A DNA stretch of 63,843 bases, counting the filler, from Octopus bimaculoides (Eukaryota), in assembly GCF_001194135.2 (NCBI RefSeq). It is 5 parts of 5 records of this genome, joined end to end, with 100 filler letters (N's around TTAATTAATTAA, not from the genome) between each part and the next. Parts side by side here need not be neighbours in the genome. Positions count along the whole stretch, not along the records: positions 51,483 to 63,843 come from NC_068992.1; 4 more parts are not named here. The stretch is one strand, 5' to 3'. The notes beneath the pieces were generated by a model. It worked only from the letters and a program-made list of their open reading frames with translations, did not search any database and had not been told where the DNA came from. Positions 52,919 to 63,843 of the stretch are shown one piece after another. Position 1 is the stretch's first letter. Every line of letters begins with the position of its first letter. The translations under genes and the position numbers were made by a program.

Positions 52919-53206
52919 CACATACACGTAAATAAAACGGTCTACCACTTATTTATCATCTCACAAATTCCCTCTGAACATATTAATCAGTCCGGGGCTA
53001 TGACATATGGAAACCTACCGAAGGTGCTGCGCAATTTTCCTTGAACCCGGAACAACAGCATTGCAAAGCGTAAGTCTTAGTTCACGGACAGAAGTACGCA
53101 TGCACCTAAACAGTGAAAATCTTGAAAGTGTATCTGTTTGCTTTAGAGAAAGACGCATTTTATACTCTGAATTGAAGATGTTCCCTACTCCGTTTGTTTT
53201 TCTTTA

Positions 53207-53272
<66 letters not shown>

Positions 53273-53300
53273 NNNNNNNNNNTCATCATCATCATCATCA

Positions 53301-53338
<38 letters not shown>

Positions 53339-53899
53339 TTAGCTGTACAAACACAAACGTTGCTTGCTTAGATTAATGATTAATCTCATTGATGATACAC
53401 ACAGTTGTTGTTTAAAGAAACTATTAACAACCACTTGGCTGAATTGCCCAAACTTACTCCTCATCCATCAAACACTTTGAAAATTACGACAAAGCCACAC
53501 AAAATTAAAAAGACATTGGAATTTTACAATGCGATTTACCGTTTATTTATTTAGTATTGTAATTCTATATTTTTGCTGTTGTTATCTTGTAATAAAAAGA
53601 AGAAACGATGAGTTTAACTATAGATTGGTAAATTTGACATTTGTGTGTGATATTTAAAATGAACTGTTTGGTTTTAGAGCCCGTTTACATTCTGTGAAAA
53701 TTTCAAATATTTTTAACACGCAACTGTTATCGATCTGTTCAAACCTTGACACTGTAAGATTGAGGCAAATTTTCAAATTCGTAGAAATTATTTGTCTGCA
53801 TACATGCTACTACAAACAGCATGTATACACAAAGTGATGGATGAGTAACAGTTAATCGAAGAGATTTAAAGAACTAATTTTAGAATCGGATTTACTTAC

Positions 53900-54100
53900 T
53901 TTACGGTTTCAAATTTTGGCACAAGGCCAGTATGTTTGGAAGAAAAGGGTAAGTCGATCACCTCGACTTATTTTATAGATCCCAAAACGATGAAAGGCAA
54001 AGTCGACCTCGGAACGTGAACTCAGAAAGGGAAGACGGAATAAACGCCGCTAAGCAATTTGTCCGGCGTGCTAACCATTCTGCCAGCTCGCCGCCTTTCA
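53900..54100 (-). mobile_element. SINE family A
   Basis: GATGAAAGGCAAAGTCGACCTCGG..GCTAACCATTCTGCCAGCTCGCCGCC. Confidence 0.85.
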
Positions 54101-56480
54101 CATTTACTCGGTATATGCTTGTGAGTCATGTTACTACTCAGCAAAGCTAGGATGAAATTACTTGCATCCCTATCCATGAAACATGTTTGCTTCTCATTCT
54201 GTTTCTACTTAGGAACACAATATATTTAGGACTATACTAATATACCGCTGATGAAGGATATATGCCCGAAACGTTAGCTTATACTTTTACTATGTCGAAA
54301 TACTTTGGATGTATATTAATCACCATGAAGTGATAATAATAGCTGGGGTAGATTAATGTGGGATCTTTTAGCTGTCAGTAGACCTACTTCGAGTTGTTGA
54401 CATATCTCTCTCAAATCATGTCAACTGTAAATAAAAGAGAAAAAAGAGAAAACTGGGAATGGACACATGAGATAATAACGATAGAATAACACCAGCATCA
54501 ATGATAACAGCGAGAACAAGTTACACTTCCATGCCTTGTGTCTCTGCAACAAAGAACATACAAATCTTGTAGCACCATATAAACAACCAACCCTTTGAGT
54601 TGTTTTGCGAAAATGTAGCTCTTATACTTCCCACACTATCTCAGTTGCAACTCGTAATATATGACGGGAAGTTACGAGTCATGTAATATATTAAGAATTT
54701 AGTCTCCCACCGACACACACAGTTCTCAAGATCTTTCAGCTGTATTAGGAATTCCATTCTTTCTCAACTATATTTCTTCCAATTAATAGCTATAATAGGT
54801 ACTCATAAACAGAAAAATGACAGAATAACTAGAAAATTATTGACTTAAATCTCTTAAATGTTTTGTAGACTTAGCTTAAAATATTCATTTTATTTACTCA
54901 GTGTTAATTTAAATTCTAAATGGAGGTAGGTAGGAAACAAAATTAGTAAAACTACAGACGAATGGCTCTTTTTCTATTCTCATATAAGCTTCCACTGAAA
55001 TCTATTTGCTTTTTCACCTTGTTCGGATCGATAAAATAAATAATAATAATAAATTAACCAACATATTGTGTTCAATTCGGTCAACTGTTCCCAGCCAATC
55101 AAATTCTTGTCAACGTGCTTATGGTATGATATATCATTTATGATTCACATGTTAACATAAATAAAATGGAATGAGTATGTGAGTTCTAAATTCGAGATCA
55201 CAATTTTTCTACTTGATATCTGATATTCTACATATGGGGAGTATCTTTGAAGGCTGGGGTCATACAATAGGGACATCTACAAGAAGAATTACTCTTTGAT
55301 GTTCCTAATTGGGCGTCACGGATTCACCTCTTGATGGGTTTAAATCAGACGTTTTCAAGAAGAAAGCGTTGGATGTGTGACTCTTTCTGATATATTCTCC
55401 TTAAATTTTTGCTTGAATGGAAACTGGTTGATTCCACTTGAAGATTATTCTTATATTTAAGGTAAGTAAATGAGGCGACCTGTATGAATCACTCGACCTG
55501 ATAGGAATAGCATCCTAATCTCCTTTGTTCTATCTAGTAACAAAAAAAGGGGACTCATATTAAATTATGTTGTCCAAATTAAAAATATTAGAAGGGTTAC
55601 ATCTCTTATAAATCAATAGCGTTACCACCTTCTAAATATATCTACCAAAATCACCTGCAACATCCTCACCAACACCAAACGTTTGATGCGTGATAACTTC
55701 ACGAGAGAAAAACTGAAAAATTTAGCTTTCATTTAAAAGACTTTATAACGAATTTTTGAGAGGGCATATATTTTTGATGTTTATAAATCTAGGCAAGGCC
55801 ATGCACTGATATTAATAATAATAATAATAATAACAACAACAACAATAACAACAACAACAATAATAATAATAATGATAATGATGATGATGGTAATAATAAT
55901 ATAATCATGATAATATAGCACGCATTTTCACATGTTATTGTGAAAAGATGCTGTTATCATTTTCTTCATAATTTCTTACGCAATTTTCATTAGATTATAT
56001 TCATAGATATAATTACATTTTCCGTTATCTTTCTTTCATACCAATAAATGATTTCATGTGTTTAGTTTTTAGCTGTTGATTTTTATATTCGTTTCGTATA
56101 TGATGTTCGTTTTGTGTTTTGTTTGCAACAATCACCTGAGAACCAACATTCAATGAAAGATATGAATTTTTTTCTCCTTCCATAATTGCCAACAATGCAG
56201 CAGTAACGGGCAAATGTTATTGGATTGTTAATATTTGCATTACACAAAGAGAAATGTAATATATAAAACCAAATTATGGATAATAAAAAGGAAAAGAATG
56301 GACTATGTAAATTAGTAAGTAATTGGCATGTTATATAATTGTCTTCATAGACAATGAAGAGAGATATGTTCCCATAGGGAGGCGCGTGATTAAAATGTTT
56401 GCTTAACAAGAATGTGCTTCTGCAATATATCCCATTCCTTATGTTGATGAATGCCTTCTTATGGATCTTGGTAGGCGAAA

Positions 56481-56539
<59 letters not shown>

Positions 56540-57882
56540 CTATATCTGAGTGCGTGGGCAAACGATAGAAGAAGAAGTGGCACTCAATATATTTAGCGGG
56601 AGTTTATATATNNNNNNNNNNNNNNNNNNNNNNNNNNNNNNNNNNNNNNNNNNNNNNNNNNNNNNNNNNNNNNNNNNNNNNNNNNNNNNNNNNNNNNNNN
56701 NNNNNNNNNNNNNNNNNNNNNNNNNNNNNNNNNNNNNNNNNNNNNNNNNNNNNNNNNNNNNNNNNNNNNNNNNNNNNNNNNNNNNNNNNNNNNNNNNNNN
56801 NNNNNNNNNNNNNNNNNNNNNNNNNNNNNNNNNNNNNNNNNNNNNNNNNNNNNNNNNNNNNNNNNNNNNNNNNNNNNNNNNNNNNNNNNNNNNNNNNNNN
56901 NNNNNNNNNNNNNNNNNNNNNNNNNNNNNNNNNNNNNNNNNNNNNNNNNNNNNNNNNNNNNNNNNNNNNNNNNNNNNNNNNNNNNNNNNNNNNNNNNNNN
57001 NNNNNNNNNNNNNNNNNNNNNNNNNNNNNNNNNNNNNNNNNNNNNNNNNNNNNNNNNNNNNNNNNNNNNNNNNNNNNNNNNNNNNNNNNNNNNNNNNNNN
57101 NNNNNNNNNNNNNNNNNNNNNNNNNNNNNNNNNNNNNNNNNNNNNNNNNNNNNNNNNNNNNNNNNNNNNNNNNNNNNNNNNNNNNNNNNNNNNNNNNNNN
57201 NNNNNNNNNNNNNNNNNNNNNNNNNNNNNNNNNNNNNNNNNNNNNNNNNNNNNNNNNNNNNNNNNNNNNNNNNNNNNNNNNNNNNNNNNNNNNNNNNNNN
57301 NNNNNNNNNNNNNNNNNNNNNNNNNNNNNNNNNNNNNNNNNNNNNNNNNNNNNNNNNNNNNNNNNNNNNNNNNNNNNNNNNNNNNNNNNNNNNNNNNNNN
57401 NNNNNNNNNNNNNNNNNNNNNNNNNNNNNNNNNNNNNNNNNNNNNNNNNNNNNNNNNNNNNNNNNNNNNNNNNNNNNNNNNNNNNNNNNNNNNNNNNTAT
57501 ATATATATATATATATATATTCAAACAATTTTATTCGGCGCCATGCTATTTAAGGTTTTGTAGGCTCTGTACAGAAACGTAGCACTATAAAAGACGATGT
57601 CAGTTGTTGTCTGAAGTCGTTTATCTCAACGATACAAAGCGCTCACCTGGAACTTGCGAGGTACTGAGTTCGATTCTCTGTAACGAATAGTGGCCATTTT
57701 ATATACAATGTATTTCAAAGTATTAATGATGTAAGCACTTTAATTAAAAACTAATTGTTAGAATTCAGTGACATTTTCACAGAATAAAGGCAACAACTAT
57801 ATGCACATGGTGTGTAAAAAAACATGAAGTTCTGTAAAACAACACAGAAACTACGGTTATTTATCAAATTTACGTAACCTTT

Positions 57883-59229
57883 CACTGCTTCAAATTATTA
57901 GCAAGGTGTAATTAAAATTATTAAAACTTATGTAAAGTTATGTAAATAAAGTAAACTTATGTAAATCCCAATTTAATTGTTTGATGTACCTACTGAAATG
58001 GATACATATAGTCAGAAACATGGAAGTATAAGAACATATAAACAGCGTTCAAAATTGATCGGTGAGCTGGTTAATAAGGGATATATGAGACTGTGTTAGA
58101 AATAAGTTGGAAAAAGCACTGGTCCATGGAGCATATTAATTTCTGGATCTCCTCTGATGTTATACCATGTGATACATCCAATATTGCCTACTACAGTTCA
58201 TCTTTGCTCCTAAATTAGCGTTCTTTCTCGTAAACTCGCCACTTTAGAGTACTCCACAAGTTTTCTATTGGCTTTATTTCGAGGGAACAGGCAGGCCACT
58301 TCATCTTCCAGTACTCGCAAAAGCCTAATTATTGCAGGTTTTGTAGTTTTTTTCGCTGAGTTCAAGGGAGCATTATCTTGCATGAATATTATGGCTGTCT
58401 TGAAGGTGATCCATTGTTTTTTAATCAAGGTTCAAAGTATTCCCTCAGAAAGGCTATGTAAGCATCCTCAGTCATTTTAACACAGTCAGGCACTTTCCAA
58501 GGACTAACAATATGCCTCTAATCATACCTGCCCAAATCCTGACGCTTCTTCTCCCTTGCTGGCGTCTTAAGCGTTGATAACGATCTCGTCCTTTTACAAG
58601 TCATCCCTAGCTCCACCCAACAGGTCCATCAGAATTAGCACGAGTTTCTTCCGTTTACAAAGCTTTCAGTCGATTTTGTACGTGTGTTTTGTTTAAAGTA
58701 AGCCTTTTAGATGAAGTCACTGGTTTACCGACATTTGTCAGAAGACGACATCGTCTGGAGACAGTTGTTTCACCAGTGCGTTTGGAAAGTTCTCCACTTG
58801 TAAGAAGTGGGTTCTTTACGGCTTCACGCTTAATTCGTGAGAGAGAACATTGAGAAACAGCCCTCGATTGATCATTTTCGCCTCTCTTACGTATCATCGT
58901 AGGAGCTGTAACAAATACTTGCACAGTTTGGAGAAATATTCCCGTTCTTTTAGATTTTTCTAATGTTGATTTACCTTTTACAAGTTCAAAAGTAATAATA
59001 AATATCTCTGAAGCGGTTAAGTCACATTTACGACCCATAATTACACGATTATCATACCACTCATTAATAATTTCGAACACTGAAAGTTCGTGCAAATCAG
59101 GCAAAAACCTCACTCTACGCACATATAACTGTTGCATTCATTCTGTCAAAGATTTCGTTGAATTCCAGCAAGTAGTTCTTAAATAAAAAAAAAAAGAATG
59201 CTACGTCGTTAATAATTTGAATTGTAGTG
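57883..59229 (-). mobile_element. Decayed Tc1-family DNA transposon
   Basis: MGRKCDLTASE.. HTH N-terminus, TEETRANSDGPVGW (first catalytic D region, LDGPDG-like), IFMQDNAP, WPACS..KPIENLWS. Imperfect TIRs CACTGC-TTCAAATTATTAG / TAATAATTTGAATTGTAGTG followed by TA. Confidence 0.85.
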
Positions 59230-59399
59230 TATATGTAAATGCAAATTAAAAGTATCCGACATTATTTTTTCCCGCCAAACCTATTGCCGCAGAAACAAAA
59301 TCCTTCGGAATGGAGATAATGTCGCCTTCTCTGCTGAAGCGTGAACATTCTTTCGCCGCTAAGCCGCGTCAGCTTCCGACTGTTACGCCAAGAGTACAG

Positions 59400-59905
59400 A
59401 TGTGTAGTGTGCTCTCATCGGGTTTTCGTGTTCCCCGAACCCATCGAACAGAGATATTATTGCAACAAGTTTTGCAAGAAACTTGGTAATTGTCAAGCAC
59501 AAACACTCCGGAAGATTCAGCAGGCCTTTGGCAATGATACTGTGGGAACAACGTACATCAAGGAGTGATACAAACACCTTCAAATAGTGCCGCGCCTTAG
59601 TGGAGAGCTTGGCATGCTAAGGCAGGCGATCAACAAGCCGAAGCGATTGAGAAAGATCGGCAAATAGTCAAAGAAGACTGTCTAGGATTTTGCTCACGAA
59701 GTGAAAATAAGCACGGGATTAGTGCTTTGTATTTTAACAAAAGATTTGTGCAAGCAGAGAGTGTTAGCATTATCTGTCCCAAGCTGCTGGCGGGGCGGCA
59801 AAAGCAACTGCGCATGAAAATCTCTCAGAACATGCTGGACTTTGCAAACCGAAACAAAAATTTTATGAAGGCCATCAACAGTGGCGATGAGATATGGATT
59901 TATGC
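59400..59905 (+). mobile_element. Decayed mariner transposase 5' fragment
   Basis: IEQRYYCNKFCKKLGNCQAQTLRKIQQAFGND..IKE*Y, then ICPKLL..QKQLRMKISQNML..INSGDEIWIY (WVPxxL- and GDETW-like motifs). Confidence 0.8.
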
Positions 59906-60191
59906 TATCTACGTGATGTGTTCAGACATCTTGCGTGGTAACGAACATATCACGAGCGCGCATTACTGATCTGTAATCTAGGCGTTGCAGCTGGTAAATG
60001 ACGCGGTCTACCGGCGCATAAGTTTTCATGTATGTGCAGGAGGGGTGTTGTCATCTCACGCCCACAGGATTAGAAGGAAAAAATAAAATCAGATACAATT
60101 TGAATGCACTTCGTATCAACCAATCATTAAGTCCTCATTTTGTCTTTCATATGGCTTAAACGTACTTGCATATATAATGGATTTAAACATA

Positions 60192-60228
<37 letters not shown>

Positions 60229-60267
60229 ATAGACACACACACACACATAGACACACACAAACACACA

Positions 60268-60298
<31 letters not shown>

Positions 60299-60988
60299 TN
60301 NNNNNNNNNNNNNNNNNNNNNNNNNNNNNNNNNNNNNNNNNNNNNNNNNNNNNNNNNNNNNNNNNNNNNNNNNNNNNNNNNNNNNNNNNNNNNNNNNNNN
60401 NNNNNNNNNNNNNNNNNNNNNNNNNNNNNNNNNNNNNNNNNNNNNNNNNNNNNNNNNNNNNNNNNNNNNNNNNNNNNNNNNNNNNNNNNNNNNNNNNNNN
60501 NNNNNNNNNNNNNNNNNNNNNNNNNNNNNNNNNNNNNNNNNNNNNNNNNNNNNNNNNNNNNNNNNNNNNNNNNNNNNNNNNNNNNNNNNNNNNNNNNNNN
60601 NNNNNNNNNNNNNNNNNNNNNNNNNNNNNNNNNNNNNNNNNNNNNNNNNNNNNNNNNNNNNNNNNNNNNNNNNNNNNNNNNNNNNNNNNNNNNNNNNNNN
60701 NNNNNNNNNNNNNNNNNNNNNNNNNNNNNNNNNNNNNNNNNNNNNNNNNNNNNNNNNNNNNNNNNNNNNNNNNNNNNNNNNNNNNNNNNNNNNNNNNNNN
60801 NNNNNNNNNNNNNNNNNNNNNNNNNNNNNNNNNNNNNNNNNNNNNNNNNNNNNNNNNNNNNNNNNNNNNNNNNNNNNNNNNNNNNNNNNNNNNNNNNNNN
60901 NNNNNNNNNNNNNNNNNNNNNNNNNNNNNNNNNNNNNNNNNNNNNNNNNNNNNNNNNNNNNNNNNNNNNGTACAGAAATTATATAGAA

Positions 60989-61199
60989 AAAAATTAAGGT
61001 ACTCAGAAATCTGGATGTTTGTACATTTACAGATTTTTATTAATGTCACATATTAAATAAAGCGCTTTTCACCTGATCGTGTAGGATTTTCAAATTGAAA
61101 ATCCTACACGATCAGGTGAAAAGCACTTTATTTAATATGTGACATTAATAAAAATCTGTAAATGTACAAACATCCAGATTTCTGAGTACCTTAATTTTT
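60989..61199. repeat. Near-perfect 211-bp palindrome
   Basis: 105-bp arms (60989-61093 and 61095-61199), 1-nt centre at 61094, one mismatch found (61063/61125). Confidence 0.92.
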
Positions 61200-61270
61200 C
61201 TCTCTCTCTCTATATATATATATACATATATATATATACACATATGTGTGTGTGTGCGTGTGTATACATA

Positions 61271-61486
61271 CGAGGGACTGCTGAAAATTTCCTGGCTCTA
61301 GGGTTATTGCAGAAGGCCTGATTGGAGGCCCAACGTTCCGAGTTCTTTTACAGGGTTTAGAAAGACTGAAGGACCGTAATATTAAGTGTGCGAATCGGAG
61401 AGGGGAATATGTTGCATAGAATCATAATTGACTGATCCTCCCGCATTTTGTTTACCCAAAGTCAGGAACTTTCCAGCACTCCTTCG
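61271..61486 (+). mobile_element. Mariner-derived MITE (internal deletion derivative)
   Basis: TA|CGAGGGACTGCTGAAAATTTCCTG .. CAGGAACTTTCCAGCACTCCTTCG|TA. The interior keeps the mariner C-terminus LQGLERLKDRNIKCANRRGEYVA*. Confidence 0.85.
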
Positions 61487-61519
61487 TATATATGTATATA
61501 TACAAATACATACAACAAC

Positions 61520-61610
<91 letters not shown>

Positions 61611-61879
61611 TGTGTGTGAGTGTGTGTAGGGGGAGAGAGAGGGAGAGAGAGAAAGAAAGCGAGAGGGAGAAAGAATGGGGGAGATGTAAATATATACATG
61701 TATGCAAACATATTTATATATACGTTGACAGTGACTTTGTAAAGAGGTAGCGCTAAATAACATCGATGCATTTTCTCTTTTAGAAATTTGAAGTTAAGTT
61801 TGCTATTTGTCAGTAAATACTTGTATGAATAACGATAGCTTCAGTGAGAGAATGTCAAAGTAAAAGAGGTTGGGGAGAG

Positions 61880-61921
<42 letters not shown>

Positions 61922-61968
61922 GAGGTGAGAAAAAGAAAGATGGCGAGAAAGANNNNNNNNNNNNNNNN

Positions 61969-62001
<33 letters not shown>

Positions 62002-62439
62002 GAGAGAGAGAGAGAGAGAGAAAGATTGTGATAGACATTGAAAGGAAAGGAGAGTAAGAGATATGAGAAAGCACATTTCCAGAGTATGGAACTGAAATCT
62101 TTCACTGCCATTTGGAATGAAAAACTAATTGGAATGTTGCTCACAAACCTTATTGCTTCACATCCAATTAAATCGAACGTATGAAAATATAAAAAAATAA
62201 TGTTTAACTTTCAGAAGTATACACACGCCAATCGGTATGTGATACGTGTTTTTTTTTCTGTTTTGAATAAAGAAAAAAATAGATACAGACACATACATAT
62301 ATTTGTGTGCATACAGACACGCTCGCACACACACACACGCACACACACATACACGCGTATATACGCACACACACATACACACGTATATACGCACACATAT
62401 ACTTTTATTTATATATATATACGAATGTATTTTATGTAC

Positions 62440-62492
<53 letters not shown>

Positions 62493-63304
62493 TATATACG
62501 TAAATAAGTACGGTGATATCCATCTTCTCATTCACTAAAATCAAACAGAGATGGCCGCCAAAATAAAATGAAATGAACGAAAAATGACACCAGACCCGTT
62601 ACTTTAGCATAGTACAAAAAGTGAGCAGTAAATTACTTATGTATCTGATTACCCTCTTGCACGGCCAAGAATCGTAGTTCAACTATCGCTCCCCACAAAC
62701 GACTACTTCAGCAATTCTATAAATGCTGCTGTCGCATCATCTTCAGCTTCCTCTGGAGTCATTTAGTCACTAAGAGTTTCGATAACATGTGAAGGTCAGC
62801 AGTATCGAAGAAAATCTGCTGAAGAGACACCTATGCACGTCAGGATATATCGCTTGGATAGAGGATAATCGTCACTCAATATGTGGGGGACATTAGTCTA
62901 TGATAGAGGTTACACTAACGAAGAGACACAAAAGATGCATAGCAATAATAAGAAATATCTTGGTGACTGACAGCACAATTGATACACAATATGTATATAT
63001 TTTTATTAGACTTCCCTCTGTCTCCTGTTTCTGGCGAAGAGCTTTGCTCGAAACGTAAAACCATCTTTCTTTTTTTCCCTGAGCGTCTGCTATTACTTTG
63101 CATGTACCACGTCCTCGCGTTGTTGTTTTNNNNNNNNNNATATATATATGTATGTATGTAATGTTATATAACAGATAAATTCATCTCTTTACATAATATC
63201 AAGGTCTCATTCATTCTTTTGTTGCCATACCATTACTATTAATAGATATATTTATGCATACACACACACGCACACATACACACTTATATATATATATATA
63301 GGAG

Positions 63305-63620
63305 CAATCCGTCGGTTACGACGACTAAGGCCCCAGCTGATACGATCAACAGAACAGCTTGCTCGTGAAATTAATGTGCATGTAGCTGAACATTCCACTG
63401 ACACGTTTACACTTAACGTAGTTCTGAGGAAGGTTCAGCATGACACAGAGTGTGACAATGCTGGCCGCTTGAAATAGAGGTACTACTCATTTTTTGCAAG
63501 CTGAGTGGACTGGAACAACGGGAAGTAAAGTGTCTTGCTCAAGGACAAAACGTGCCGCCGGGAATTGAAATCACGACCTTACAATCGTGAGCCGAATATC
63601 CATAACCACTGGACCACGCT
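63305..63620 (-). mobile_element. SINE with family-E-like head and family-B-like tail
   Basis: AAAGTGTCTTGCTCAAGGAC..GGGAATTGAAATCACGACC head shared with 32510-32635. CTCGTGAAATTAATGTGCA..GACACAGAGTGTGACAA body shared with 9723-9870. Confidence 0.7.
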
Positions 63621-63830
63621 ATATACTCTTTCTCTCTTTACTCTTACTTGCTTCAGTCATTTGATTGCGGCCATACGAGAGCAACGCCTTTAGTCGAGCA
63701 ACTCGACACCAGGACTTATTCTTGTAAGCTTAGTACTTATTCTATCGGTCTTTTTTGCCGAACCGCTAAGTTACGGGGACGTAAATACACCAGCAGCGGT
63801 TGTCAAGCGATGTTGTTGGCACAAACACAT
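63620..63830 (-). mobile_element. SINE family C tail
   Basis: GTACTTATTCTATCGGTC..GCCGAACCGCTAAGTTACGGGGACGTAAA is the reverse complement of the 43700-43860 motif. Confidence 0.75.
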
Positions 63831-63843
63831 ACATACACACATA

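Noticed and set aside
56025-56409. Two overlapping minus-strand ORFs (62 and 108 aa)
   Set aside because: No recognisable motif and no convincing splice signals in AT-rich DNA.

Overview
AT-rich, microsatellite-laden animal genomic DNA. The SINE/LINE families and a cephalopod-type protocadherin motif point to an octopus, probably Octopus bimaculoides (inference, no search run). The window is NOT one locus. Four identical artificial 100-bp spacers (44 N + TTAATTAATTAA + 44 N) join five independent scaffolds: 1-11737, 11838-21258, 21359-35058, 35159-51382 and 51483-63843. Real host coding content is limited to (i) the last five exons of DNA polymerase delta catalytic subunit (POLD1, minus strand, 33865->26841), which splice into one clean reading frame, (ii) one orphan protocadherin cytoplasmic exon (12003-12144) and (iii) one orphan class-B GPCR hormone-binding-domain exon (37970-38064). 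None of these is correctly represented in the ORF track. The rest is repeats: several tRNA-derived SINE families, RTE and R4/Dong-type LINE relics, Tc1 and mariner relics, MITEs, a 91-bp mini-Helitron and microsatellites beside N gaps. Best leads: three POLD1 codons depart from residues I recall as near-invariant in eukaryotes, and each would be restored by a single A-to-I edit (ATA->ATG, AAC->GAC, CAA->CGA). (TTA/TAA)n tracts act as shared landing pads for SINE chains and Dong-like elements. One Dong-like insertion carries a 5' inversion. There is also a 211-bp near-perfect palindrome. I found no convincing novel multi-gene system; all leads are hypotheses needing data.
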